A stretch of 64,000 bases of DNA from Podarcis gaigeae (Eukaryota): assembly GCA_964106915.2 (NCBI GenBank), contig OZ066919.1. The stretch is one strand, 5' to 3'. Under the pieces are notes generated by a model. The model had not been told where the DNA came from and made no database searches. It worked only from the letters and a program-made list of their open reading frames with translations. The translations under genes and the position numbers were made by a program. Shown piece after piece: positions 26,358 through 39,612 of the stretch; the first letter of the stretch is position 1, and each line of letters begins with the position of its first letter.

Positions 26358-28017
26358 CTAGGAGGAAGAATGCCAAAGAGCAAACAATCAAACCAATGTA
26401 ATACAAAAGCAATTCTGCCACCTGCTGACCTTTTTCGTGCACAACAGCAAAATCCTCAGTGTATTTTCTATACTGGATGGTTTGGCGTTTAGTATACTGT
26501 AAACGCGGGTGCAATAACGTAATCAGCCCTTTTTCATTGCATCGGCCAGATGCTGCACCAGTTCAGTCAATGAGACATTTGCCTTCCTTTGACATGAATG
26601 GGTGCAGGATCAAAGCCTTATTTAAAATTTAATCATCTCACCTCGAAATGATTTGCCCAATACTCAAAAGCGAGGAAGTGCATTTTAATCAAGCTTTAGC
26701 TTTTATGTTAAAGCACGTTATGCATAAAACCGACATTATAATAAACAGCAGGATTTGGCCCAAGGATTAAGAAACACATCAATCAAGTTCAAAAGTATTT
26801 ATCTTTCAAAAAATAAATTATTCCCTAGTTTGCACATTCATTTCCGAGAAAGATATTCAGGAATTTTGTATACCAAGTTTTCTCTTTCCAACAATTTAGC
26901 AGATATTTCAGATGAATGCATGAATGCCAAATTTCAGTGCTATTGCTTTGCATTTTCACAGTTTTCTTAGTTGCTTAATTGATAAAATGGCTCTAGGATG
27001 TTCCCCTCAAAAACATTTGACACTTCGGACATGTATCCTAAACATTTGTGGAGGTGCAGTTTACAAAGCTTCCAGATTAAAGCTGTAACTTGGGTTGCAT
27101 CTTAAGATCTTGGAGACAACTTTAGGCATACTGAAACTGAAATATATCCTGGTATGTCAAACCTGAAAATCAGGTTAGTGTCTTGCCTAATTGATTGAGA
27201 TTAATTGGAATTAGTCTATTAATTTCAAAAGCAGTAAGACCAGAGTAAGTACACTATTGGCCTGATTTAGCACAATGGATGTTTTTTGCATAAGCAGCCT
27301 TCTGCCAATGCACATTCATGCTCATCCCCAATTTGCACAGAGATGCTGATCTCAGGGCTTCCCAAGTGTCTCGATAAAACATCTTTTGATGGCAACACAC
27401 ATTTGCTTCCAGGACCTCCAGTTGCTAACAATAACCAATTGCTTATTAACTTATAGCAGTATTTGGGACATTATATTTTGGTCATCCAGTAATGGATGAC
27501 ATTGATAGTATGCAAATGATCAATAATTCAAGAATATACCTGTTTCCCACTTCCTATTGCATCTGAGATTTAGGAACTACGGTACATATTATTAGTTGGA
27601 CCAGCCTGCAGAGCGGGGCTGGCAGAAGCTGACATTTCTGTCTCCTCGTCCTCCTCCTCCATCATTCCTAAAGGAAGACCCTGGTGAATGGGGTGGGCTG
27701 CAGCATGGATGAGATCTCTGAAAATCAAGTTGAGGCACCTCCCACAGGTGGACGCTTTGCTTGTGAAATGGCTTTCAAGGAGTCCCTGTTTCTCCTTATA
27801 GCCCACACCATTCAGCAGGGTCCACTGACACTCAAGAGGCTTTTAGGAGGATGGGTGGAGTTCCTGGGTTGAGGAGTGGGCGGGAAAGCCAGTTTCTACT
27901 ACCATCACCCTTTATCTGACTTCCCCCTGGATCTAACCCCATGCCTACATTCATCTGGAATGAAAATAGATCACATGCCTTGGAAAGTGTGCACATAGTT
28001 GAGTGAATAGTAAATTA

Positions 28018-28275
28018 CTGATTTTTTTTCTCTATAAGATGCACCAGACCACAAGACACACCTAGTTTTGGAGGAAGAAAACAAGAAAAATAATATTCTG
28101 AATCCCAGAAGTCAGAACAGCAAGAGGGATCGCTGCGCAGCGAAAGCAGCGATCCCTCTTGATGTTCTGGCTTCTGGGATAGCTGCACAGCCTGCATTTG
28201 CTCCATAAGACGCACACACATTTCCCCTTACTTTTTAGGAGGGAAAAAGTGAGTCTTATAGAGCAAAAAATACAG
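28018..28275. mobile_element. Tc1/mariner-superfamily MITE with internal palindrome
   Basis: Imperfect TIRs (CTGATTTTTTTTCTCTATAAGA / TCTTATAGAGCAAAAAATACAG), TA flanks, hairpin at 28103-28179. Confidence 0.8.
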
Positions 28276-30607
28276 TAATCGAATGTATTTCAGTTGTCTA
28301 GTCATCTAGGATTTAAGCATCCTAATCCAAAATATATTCACCTTGAAACAAGTCTCTGCTTGCAGGTAAAATTACAGGGGGGTTAAAGAAAGGTCTTCAG
28401 GCCATATTAAACATTGGTGGGTTCCTCTTTCATTAACAAGATTCACTGTAATAGGCCAAGGAGTGGTGGCTGACACCTGTCTGTCACTGAAATGAAATGG
28501 CTATGTGGAGTTCAAACTGTTCACCTGAGTGAATTTGGGAAAACTCCAGTTTTAAGGTTGTCAGCTCAAGACATGCTCAATTACTTGCAAAAGAAACAGG
28601 CCACTGTTCAACAAATAACTAGTCATTTTGCGCATGAATTTCCATTGAATGCTCTCCATAAATATAGCCAGTCATTCCTGCCTTAATGATGGAGGGCTAT
28701 TATGTGTCGAAGGGGGTTAGAGAGCTCAAAATAATATTGTATTAAAAAAAAAAAACACCAACACAACATGCTACACTAATTTCAGAAGCCTCTCATGACC
28801 CTGGAACGAAACAAGCAGAAAAGCAGAAATTACATTATTGTAATTCAGCCGAATCCTGCAATTATTATATAGTTTAGGGGTGAATAAAGGAAGTTACCTT
28901 AAAGTAATTCCTTAACCGAAGGCTATAAACATGATGAAGCCTCTCAATTTTCTGAGGTTTAGTTTCTTCACTCAGTTTCCACCAATAAGAACATATAACA
29001 ACACAGATTAGACCTCCAAGAGTTCTGTGTTTCAATATCTGTTTCTCATCTTCGCACAGTTAGTACTTTCCCACTGTGTCTATGGAGCAATATGGTCACT
29101 TGCCTTCCATAGTTGATGGTAACTACAATGTTTCTGCACTTTCAATATTATCAAACTGTACTTTATTATGTGGAATACTGAGCTGATGTTCAATCACTGG
29201 TGTTTTCTCAAACGACACTCAGATGTAGTGCTTGCTTTAATCAGTGATTAGCCAGAATGCTCATTAGCATGACACATATTTCTTCCCTCATATGAAAAAT
29301 AATTGGATGTTCATATAAATAGAGGGGCTCAAAGCAACTTAAGCCACACTTATCTCATTCTGTTTCTCTGTCCACTTAGCAGCAGTCGAGATGGCTGCAA
29401 AGCAAAAAAAACCCCCAAAACACAAAACCTTCAATTGGGGCTTTTAGCTAGTCCAGGAGGGCTTTCTCCACAGGGGAAAACACATTACCAAGTTGGATTT
29501 CATTCTCTGATTAAGGTAAGGCTGCAACTTTTGCACATTTAACTTGTGTGCATTCAGCTTTACGTGAACGGTAAAAAGAAGTTTTTAAAAAACCTAAAAG
29601 GGGAAGAGCGGGTCGAGTTCCATGGCAAAAATACTTTGGCAATCCCACCCATCATTGAACTTAATGGGTTTTGACTATGTATAACACAACCCTCATGTAA
29701 GCTGTGGGCCTACTGTGCAGTATTTCCGATAGAGCTAAATCTTTACACAACACAGGACGAAACCATGGCACACTTAAGCAGTGCCACTAATCATTTTTTT
29801 AAAAAATTACACCACAGATTTAATATTGCATCAGATGGAAAAGGCTATTGCTTGGCCTAGATTTTATCCCTAAAATGTTATCTCTGGCACAAGACCCCTT
29901 TAAAACAGTTTATCCTTAATAATATGACTCTCATTCTAGGCAATTCAAACAATCTTTCATTGCATTCTTGGAGATGACTCAGTATGATGCTAATCTATCT
30001 CTCTCTCCCCCCTCCTTGCATGTGACATCTGTAGTGGGGGAGACTAACATAGCAATTTGCTCTTCGTCATAGGGAACCATCAATACAATTTAATCACAGT
30101 TTAAGTTGCTGTCAACCAGCATGTACAGTAAAAATACAGCCATAGCACCATAATTACAAATTTAGGACCACCTGCTGGTTACTAGTCTTGATCTGTTTAT
30201 GGCTAATTAGGAATCACTGTAGTGCTTTCAAAAATTGCCTGAATATCCTTTACAAATATACACATATAAAAAATTTATCAAAATGGCTGTCATTTCAAAC
30301 AGCAAAATCTTGAGTTAGAAAAGTTATTAAACACTAAGAGCTAAATATTAAAAAAGCTTCACATTTACACTTTTCCATAGGCACTCTATAAAAACTATGA
30401 TGTGGCCTTGTTTCACAGCTGTTAAATAATGGTTTTAAATGTTGCCCATTTGCTCGTTTTTAGATAGTACAAAGCAAACACAAATCATTCATTAACCACA
30501 AGCATCATTTATACTTAAAAAAAACCTTTAGCCTAAATAATATGGATCCTGCTTATTTTATCTTAAAACGGACACTGTTGCCATTTTCACATTTTTTTAA
30601 AAAAACA

Positions 30608-30720
30608 TTATCCCATTAACTTCTTAGGACTCAGTTCCTTCTTCCCCAAAATTCGGTGTAGACTAGCTGACATGTAGTAGGGTTTTGCTGTAGATCCATC
30701 ATTCCTTTCCAAGTCTTCAC
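30608..30720 (-). CDS. SLC44A5: SLC44A5 proximal alternative last coding exon
   Basis: attcag|GT...TAA; [37 protein letters not shown]; in phase with the penultimate exon. Confidence 0.92.
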
Positions 30721-32458
30721 CTGAATGCGAAGTGATCAAAAGGAGCCAAAGCAGCAAGCAGCCATGCAGTCAAACACAAATGAAAATGAGAGAGAAAGAG
30801 ACAGAGATTCAGAGGGAGGAAAAGAAACAACATTAGAAAACTTGTTACAAGAGAACTGAATTTTAGTGTTGCTGGTGCTGTCGCAGGGTGCCACGAAAAT
30901 GCTAACACCCACCTTTTAATATAAACAGAAGGTAGACCACAACCAATGTTGAGCAACATTGCGTTTAACACTTCTGCACATGCAGGATATTAAAAGTGAT
31001 TATTCTGTGTTTGGTAGTAAAGCTGAAGGCCCTGTTTTCTTATGAATCTCATACTTTGGGGACTTGACCGCCTTGTAATAACAGTACTTTGTACCTAAGA
31101 ATATTGCATCCCGTGTGAAAAATCTGGATTATTATTTCTGGCTCTTTCTTATTCTGCTTTTTATTTTTGCCACAAGAGGTCAGACTCTGCTGATATCTTT
31201 AAAGAGTTGCTCAGCAAAATAGAGGACTCACATATATATTATAAGGGCAGCTTTCGCCAAGCTTGTGCCTGCAGTGTTAGCGGAGGCTGATGGGAGTTGT
31301 AGTCCAAAACACCTGAAGAGCACCAGGTTGGCATAGGCTGCATTAAAGCCTCTTTCACAGGCCCCGGGGTCATCACTGCATTCCTTTACACATTATGGCA
31401 CCCACATCATTCATTTCGGTAGGGCTTGCACAGAAAAGCTTCCTAGTGGCCTGTTCTCAGAAAGCACATTTGGAAAAGGATTGCACTAATCCAAGGGTCT
31501 GAAATTCACTCCACAATTGCATTTTTTTGGGGGGGAGGGCGGGGGGGGGGAGTCCAAGAATAAATTGATTTAACTTGGAAGAACACCATTTTGAGTTTAA
31601 GAAGTGCAGTTTTCAGATGCATTGCTGTTAAATTGTATTGTAAGAATGTTTATAAACTGCCAAGTCATAAAATATATATGATAGTGCTATGCAATTATAG
31701 AGATTTCACTCAACAACTGGGATGCCTATGCCTGTGATCTTCAAGAAATTTAATTCACCATAAAGTTTCACAAATTCATCTGACAACTTCAGAATCTGAT
31801 CCTTTATTTCACTATGTGGGATACATTGGGTGGAGAGTTATCCTCTCCAAGCTCGCTTGTCAAAGCCTTATTTTTAAATTTGAATAATGGCAACAAACTT
31901 GTTTTTGAGGATGAAACAACATCCCATCCACCCAGCCATTCATAACAAATTAGTTGTTGGAAGTCAACAACTCAAGTTGACTTTTTTCTGTGCATTCCAA
32001 CATAATAAATAAGTTTTATGAATGCACACCAAGATTGTAGATCACCATCTCCTGCTCCAACCAATTTTTGGAAGCGATTTTCGAGAGACAGCGAATCACA
32101 GTTTTAGACAAGTGCTAGAACTTTCTCAAGAATACTCGCACACACTGAAATGGCAGAAAAAGCCAACGTGCATGCAAAATGGCGGTGGCAATCAGCTTCC
32201 AGTTATAGATTGCAGCCTCAAGATAGCTGGGTCCTTTGCTCAGAAGGTGGTCAGAAAGCGGAGCGGGGGGGGGGGGGAGATCTCTATATTGGAGATCAAT
32301 ATCACAGAGGAACAGAAAATCAGGAGTGCATAGAAAATAAAACGATAGCTGGATAGAAGGCAAGTTTTCGCTTATTCAAATGATATTGTGAATTCCAGGT
32401 GTTTATGGGCTGATTATAGTGGTAATGATAAGCACTTTACATGTGTTCCAAGGTACAT

Positions 32459-32483
32459 ATCTATCATCTATCTATCATCTATC

Positions 32484-32518
<35 letters not shown>

Positions 32519-32553
32519 ATCTATCTATCTATCATCTATCTATCTATCTATCA
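32459..32553. repeat. (TATC)n microsatellite
   Basis: Directly visible, with interruptions. Confidence 0.97.
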
Positions 32554-33067
32554 TAGCATTACAAGAGTCTTGATACTGAAAATATGTTATGTGGCTAATA
32601 CCTTGCTCTGATTAACGTGTGAATAAGGGCTGATATATGTTTGTCATGTCAATGTATATTAAGACTTCAGCCCCTGTAGGGGGAATACAGTTTTACATTA
32701 TTTTAAATTAATACAACATTCTTGTGCCTACAAAAATTGCAAGGCTGTTATAAGCGGGGCGACACAGCATTCATCCAAGTGAAACACACTGGACATGATG
32801 AAACTACAGAGCACCCAGAAGCAACATGTTAGTACTTATTATGAAACAGTCTCTGAAGACTAGCTGGTCTAGTGAATAGTCACATTTTACTGACTGAACT
32901 AATGAAGCCACATCTGATACTGCTGTAATTCATAATCTCTTGGGTAGTGAAGATTGCAATGGATCAAACAGCACAATGAGAGAAACAGCAACGGCTTCCT
33001 ACTACATACTCTTTATCTTAGCATTATCAAAAAGAGGAAAGTAAACAACAAAGAGCCAATTACTTAC

Positions 33068-33152
33068 AAAAGCAGAGGAAAAGTGTGTCAACACACATTG
33101 CATAGACACTGAAGAAACCATGTGCAACTAGGTAAGAGCCTATAATGACCGT
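33068..33152 (-). CDS. SLC44A5: SLC44A5 penultimate coding exon
   Basis: tttcag|ACG...T|gtaagt; [28 protein letters not shown]. Confidence 0.96.
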
Positions 33153-33212
33153 CTGAAAAAAGGAGGAAGAAACATGTTAATTATACATTATCATATGGGA
33201 ATTAAATAATAT

Positions 33213-33999
33213 TGTGTGACCAGGCGGCGACAGCCCCAGCTCCCAGGGATCATAAGGAAGGAATAAAGACTCTGACAGTGTTATATGGAATTAAAATTAG
33301 GCCACAACTTTATTAAACTTCTGAATGTAGGAAGACCTTGGCTTAGACCTTGGGCGTGTATCCCTCCCAGCCCCCCAGCCAGGGAAAACTGGGACTCATC
33401 AGGGTAAATGGGATATGGGGGTGCTCTGCGAGACGTAAGTGTAGCAGGCAGCCCAGTTCATATCGCTGCATGCAGAGTAGTTCACTGACAACCTTTCGGT
33501 GTATGGCAAGTGACACCCATATATATAACCCCTTTAAGAGGGGACACGGGAATTGCCACCACAGGTGGGTGAGTCACCACTTCACGCCCAAATAGGGAAG
33601 AAAAGACTCAAGGATTCCACCCAAGGCCATAACCGCCAAAGTTGTGACGAATTGCTACGAGGAAGACAAAACCTGCCAATGCAGGAAAATTTCTTCCTGG
33701 TCCTTCAACAGCAACCAAAGACCGTAGCAGCGGTCGCTAAACAGGAAGAAAAAGTTAACCTGCAAACAAGAAACATTAAACAACGGGAGGGTGAATCTCC
33801 AGAGCTGACTGCCTGGCTGTTGTCGGCTCCAACCCCTATTTATAAATGGGGCTGGCCCCACCTCTCAGCAAGAAACTTGATTCCTGAGGCTGGGTGTGAA
33901 CCTCCAAAAATGAACACTGAGAGGCAAGCCAGCCCCTGTTTGCCAGTAAGCTACCTGGGAACTGTAGCACCACGCACAATCCCGCAAAGGGCACCCACA
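33213..33999 (-). mobile_element. Probable solo LTR (Gypsy/ERV-like)
   Basis: TGTG...CACA termini, near-TSD ATAT/ATGT, TATAAATA (33837-33844) then AATAAA (33309-33314) on -, more GC/CpG than the flanks. Confidence 0.6.
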
Positions 34000-34962
34000 A
34001 TGTAAAGTGTGAGTGCTCATTATATTAATTTACATGCCCCTTAAGAAGTTAGGCTGCAGGATATGTCAGGCACCTCCTCATCCTTTAAGTCCTTGCCTTG
34101 ATCAGTGAGGTCTTTGCACTGCTTGTATTCACAGGAGCCTGAGGGGCCCAATTTTATCGTACTCCCTTCCAGTTTAGGTCAGACATCTACTGAAGACTTA
34201 AATAAATGAACAAATAAAACTCCAGCAGGCATTTTGATTTCTGGTTTTATAATTTGGGGATTTTTTTAAAAAACACACACCATTGTATTGAGTTTCTGTA
34301 TATTGCTTAGAGATGATTGCAATTGTCTGAATAAATAGAAAAAACAAGCATTCCTTACTTTAAACCGTGAGAAGACAAGAGCTATGTTCAGGCAGTTTTC
34401 TGAACAGACAAAGGTTTAAACCATGGGTAAAGGCAATGCCTGCAATGTCCATGGCTTGCAAGCTGCTTTTCAGATCTTCCTGTGTTTAATGCAAAGGCCT
34501 GAAGGGAGTTTTAATGTGCTTTTATAAACCTCCCTGCAAGCAGGAACCCAGACTTATGAGGGTTCCCAGTTTGGGAAGAGTTTCTTCAATTAACATGCAT
34601 TAAAAAAACCAGCAAGAAGTACCAGAACTTACAGGAATACTGAGGCAGGGTTTGCCTCGAGGTCCTACTGCCCTATTCCCACTTGTTCAGGAGAATGCCT
34701 GAACATGGCTTTAGTTGTGGATCTGCAGCGCTCTTGCAAACTCATTGGATTTCAAGCCTTTCCTGCCTAAGTAGACAATTAGATGTGATATAAAATAAAC
34801 CATCCCAAGCAATGGGACTCTGTATCTCACTAATGCAAGCTCCTTTGCTGCTTGATGACCCGCCCCCATCCCAACCTTGAACCCTCTTGTTCTATGATGT
34901 TGATCCCTGACCTCTCCTCTTCCCTGCCATATATCTGGTGAGCATGGACTGTGCCACTTATA

Positions 34963-35403
34963 TCCAGAGGAGGGCAACCAAAATGGTCAAAGGCCTGGAA
35001 ACGATGCCTTATGAGGAACGGCTAAGGGAGCTGGGCATGTTTAGCCTGGAGAAGAGGAGGTTAAGGGGGGATATGAAAGCCATGTTCAAATATATAAAAG
35101 GATGTCACATAGAGGAGGGAGAAAGGTTGTTTTCTGCTGCTCCAGAGAAGCAGACACGGAACAATGGTTCCAAACTACAAGAAAGAAGATTCCACCTAAA
35201 CATTAGGAAGAACTTCCTGACAGTAAGAGCTGTTCGACAGTGGAATTTGCTGCCAAGGAGTGTGGTGGAGTCTCCTTCTTTGGAGGTCTTTAAGCAGAGG
35301 CTTGACAACCATATGTCAGGAGTGCTCTGATGGTGTTTCCTGCTTGGCAGGGGGTTGGACTCGATGGCCCTTGTGGTCTCTTCCAACTCTATGATTCTAT
35401 GAT
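34963..35403 (+). mobile_element. 5'-truncated CR1 LINE (ORF2 C-terminus and 3'UTR)
   Basis: QRRATKMVKGLETMPYEERLRELGMFSLEKRRLRGDM...WNLLP..VV.SPSLEVFKQRLD; ends in ATTCTATG-type repeats. Confidence 0.93.
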
Positions 35404-35660
35404 CTTCTGGGAATCACTAATACAACTGTGTATTTGTTCTGGACTTATCTATTCTACCCTTTGCTGCTTCTTATCGGTGTGAAGATGAATAGTAAAAGCC
35501 CAACAAAAGACAAAATGCAAAGGATGTCACTGTTAGAGGAAGGGGGAAGGGGAATGAGGGAGTTCAAGACCCATGGATCCTAACATTTGCCATGCCATGG
35601 TGGGTGCTAGGTGCCAGGCCTAGATCACCTGGTTTCTACGAACTTTAGTAATGTTCTTAC

Positions 35661-35749
35661 CAAGAGTGGGACCCAATAGTAATTCAGTGATGGTGCTTCT
35701 TGTGTGAATATTGGTATCCTGTGTGTGAAGAAGAAGAAAGCTAGGACAC
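35661..35749 (-). CDS. SLC44A5: SLC44A5 coding exon
   Basis: ttatag|GT...TTG|gtaaga; [30 protein letters not shown]. Confidence 0.95.
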
Positions 35750-36501
35750 CTATAAGAGGGGGAAAGATAAGATTTTTCAAGCAGCTAATTCTGACTTGAA
35801 TTATTTCCAGTATTTGTACTGGGACAAAACTGTATTCAGATTAATTATCTGTGATTCACACAACCATAAGATTTTAATCAATAATATCATGTTATGAATC
35901 AAACTGGCTTTTATAAGTAAAGAAGAAGACAGTGCAATGAAAAGTACAATTTTAAAAAGAGAGAAGAGAAACACAAATTTGATTTTTTTTAAAAAACTCA
36001 ACTACTTTTAGTCTTGGAGAACCATTCAACTACGGTGTATTTCCATATATCTGATTCAACATTTTATATGACAAATTGAGATATTAATTCCCAATAACAT
36101 CTGTGCTAAGTAGGAAGCGAAAGACATGTAAATTAATTAGCCCAAGGGATTTGTCCTTAAGCACAAGGAAAACATTAATCAATTTCACTATTTCATGGTT
36201 TGCATTTCCAGACAAATCTCATTTACTTTTTCAGCTTTAAAATAATGTGCAATAACAGCAAACAGCACATTATAGATGAAGTTGAGTACCAGCGAATTAA
36301 GAGTTCAAAATCAACAAGAAAGTGAAAAATCAAACTTCCCCACAAAGATTTCCCCACAAAGATTTACATGAATGAAGCTCAGGTTTTAAAAAGGCTACAA
36401 CATTTGAATTAGTAGTTCCCAAATCAGGGAGGTCTCAGTACTCAGCTACACTGGTAAAGAAAAAGCTATTTATATGTGTTGTATGTGCGATATAACATTG
36501 T

Positions 36502-36516
36502 GCCACCAGATGGCGA
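36502..36516 (+). promoter_or_regulatory. Candidate CTCF motif
   Basis: GCCACCAGATGGCGA matches the CCASYAGRKGGCR core; binding not shown. Confidence 0.45.
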
Positions 36517-36683
36517 TGTAGAGCCTCATTTCTCTACTTGTTTTCCCTGTTTAAATTTACAACGCTGTAAACTAAAACATTTCTTTGATATGTCTAGATC
36601 CAGCCTCAGTCAACTCCTTATCAAGCTATTCCTTTAACTCAACCAAGCTGAAAATATTAAACTGAAAGAGTCTGTTGACTTAC

Positions 36684-36754
36684 CCACACCTCCAGCAACA
36701 AGAATTTTTCCCAGGAATAGTAAAAAGTCTGTCACTTTATCCAGCACTGCAACT
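36684..36754 (-). CDS. SLC44A5: SLC44A5 coding exon
   Basis: gcatag|A...G|gtaagt; RVAVLDKVTDFLLFLGKILVAGGV. Confidence 0.96.
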
Positions 36755-37635
36755 CTATGCAACAGAGATAATGAACAGGATTGCAAAAGGTTCATCTCCA
36801 AAAGTTAAAACAGGGCTACTTTCAGCCAACATTAAAATCGTTGAGAAGCTTTGGTGTGAAAACTAATTTGAAAACTTTAATTCTAAAGCAACCATGTAAT
36901 GTAATAGTTCACTGTGCTGAAGAGTCTAGTTTTAAAGATAAGAGTTCAAACATGCTAATTAATCTAAGGGCAGAAAAGATTTATATTCTGAGATACTGGG
37001 GAAAAGGTGGATGCTCTTTCGCTTTCTGATTAGTATCTTAAAAGCTGCTGAACTAATTATTTAACTAAGCAACAGAATGAGGTAACAGAATGTACTATAC
37101 CAGTTCAGAAAGTAAGTGTTGGGGGGGGGATGACATTTTTAATGCCCCCCTTATGTAAAAATCCCAACATTTTTTTTTTAAAAAAAAAACCTCATTGCAA
37201 CTTGAGATCTAGTACAGAATCATGCAAAACTAAAACCGTTCTTAACGTTAACTTTTCTTCATTTGTTGTTTTTGTTGTTGTTTTTAATGTAGGGAAGCAT
37301 TCAAAAGGGTTTTATCCTCCCCCTTCCCCTTCTGCAGTGGTATGATGCAATATATCAGATCATTCTGTTGCTTCTGCAGCCTAGGCCTTCAACATTGGCA
37401 ATGGTTTGAATATTTAATAGATTAGTAGAGTATGTTTTTGAAGTGCCATGGAGTGGCAGGTGTCACACAGGCTGGATCTACACTGATGTTCTAAACCATT
37501 CAAATTAAAACATTCTATAAAGCTTAACAGGAATTTCCCACTGCTCTGCAGCACCCTCTGGTGTCCCATTTTAATAACACATTTATAATGTTTTAAATGA
37601 TGAGTCCACAGGTTATGGAATGCACGGTCCCTTAC

Positions 37636-37709
37636 CTCACCACGTTTCTCATGAGCAGGAAGAAAGCTTCCCTGGCTGATGTGCAGAAGTTTTTACCATA
37701 TATCGCAAT
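37636..37709 (-). CDS. SLC44A5: SLC44A5 coding exon
   Basis: ttgcag|ATT...AG|gtaagg; IAIYGKNFCTSAREAFFLLMRNVV. Confidence 0.96.
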
Positions 37710-38640
37710 CTGCAAAATATTAACAGCTGTTAACTTATTTGCGGGAAAGCCCGATTATGAAAAGGGTTCACGCTGGGGGCCAGACCTATGAGAATGGCAA
37801 GATACAAGGAAAGAAAGATGTCCAGCACCATGTTATTTCCTGTCTGTGGACAAAAATATCCACTTGCACATCACCCTGCTCTGTTTGCTTTTCAAGTTTT
37901 ATTTCTACTAGAACCCCAAAAATCCCCTGCTAAGAAATACTAAACTATTTTCTCTAAAGCTAAGACACAAATGGACAATTTGCATTAATGTAAAGGAGCC
38001 AAAAATACAGGGAGATGGTTGGCGGCACAGAATATGACAATGGACCTGGACATATAAGTCTGCTTAAGACAAAAATATTAAAACTGACTTTAAACACAAG
38101 TCTAAAAAAAAAAAGCGTCTTCCAATTGTTTGGAAGAAATAAATCACCAATGAAACTTTACAATGCGACCCAAAACAGCTTGGTACCCACACCTGTCATT
38201 CAGATCCTTAATCACAAATCCAAACAAACTATGGCAATGCACTCTACATAGGGCTGAATTGCCTGCCTTAGTTGCACATGCAAATCAGGATTCATTGTTT
38301 TCTCCAAAGAGACTATGATTGGTAAGGCAACTACAAACCTTGGCTATAGATCATGGTTTGTTTGGGGTGAAACAAACCATGAGCACTGGTTTAGACATAA
38401 TGTTAAACCCTTGATTAAAGGAAGTGCTCAGTTTAAGGAGTTGTTATTATGTGCAAACATGACCACTGTTTTCATTATTTCTTTCTGCGGTTTTGTTTAC
38501 TTTGTTTTAAATAAGATGATATTGCTAAATATTACAGTTTAAAATAAGGCTCACCAGGGGGCTATGTTTGCCACACCACTAACTGGTCTTCAGACATGAC
38601 ACAGCAGCATACTGGCAAAGAAGATAGAGAAAATACATAC

Positions 38641-38744
38641 CATGATGTAGGCATTTCTGTTGATAAATTTGAGGAATTTTTCTAGGCACCAGAAACAGCA
38701 TTTGAGGCAGCAAAGGAGGAACTTAGCAAAGACATTCTGTGAGC
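38641..38744 (-). CDS. SLC44A5: SLC44A5 coding exon
   Basis: ctgcag|GC...ATG|gtatgt; [35 protein letters not shown]. Confidence 0.96.
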
Positions 38745-39612
38745 CTGCAGGAGGGGGGAAAGGAAACATTTCTTAAGAAAGAAGAAAACCTAAGAAGATG
38801 GAAAACATGGCCCATACTTGATTTGACTTGGTTTGCACCAGCACATCTGTGTGGGTTTGCTGGCTGATTGCTTTCTCACTGATTTGCAACAAGTATGTAC
38901 AGTGTTTTGTGAGGCGTTTTGGTAAAAAAAAGAGGGGGTGCCAGTACTGGTATCTTGATAAAAGTGTTGTGGGTATCAGCACACAATGACTGTCATGGGC
39001 AGCAAAAAGGCCAGAGGGTATGGTACTTCTTATTGATGAGTACCATCCCCTCAAAAGCACTATGTGGAATCTACCATGCTGTAGTTTAGCAGTTTATCAT
39101 GTGCAAGCCAGCACAAAACTGACACTTTGGATTTGCCACACAGCACATTTAAGCTGTTGTTGACGACATATAGTGCAGAACTGATAATGGTACTAGGGTT
39201 TCCCATTCTACACCATCCCTGCTTTTTTGTAAAAGCAAACCGTGGTTTACTGTGAATGCAGTGTGTTGGTGCACACTTCTGCATTCTTTGTCACTTCTCC
39301 ACCTGTTGCCTTACCAAAATACAGCTTGTTGTGATGTCCTAACTAGAGTTTGTCATTTGTTTCTGCCCAGTGAGTGGTGACCAAGGTTTGCTCTTGGGCT
39401 TACTGATTGTGGGGGGGTTTTTTGGGCGGGGGGAGAGAAGAAACCCTGGACCATGATGAGCCAGACTATGGAAGCCTCACACATAGCAGCAGGAGGAGAG
39501 CCGAGAACTTTTCAACAATGTGCACAAGCACACTCAAAATTCAGATTAATATCATATGATAACCAGGCCATTATTTCATTTCTTGCTGTGCCAAAGGAGA
39601 AGCAGCATAAAC

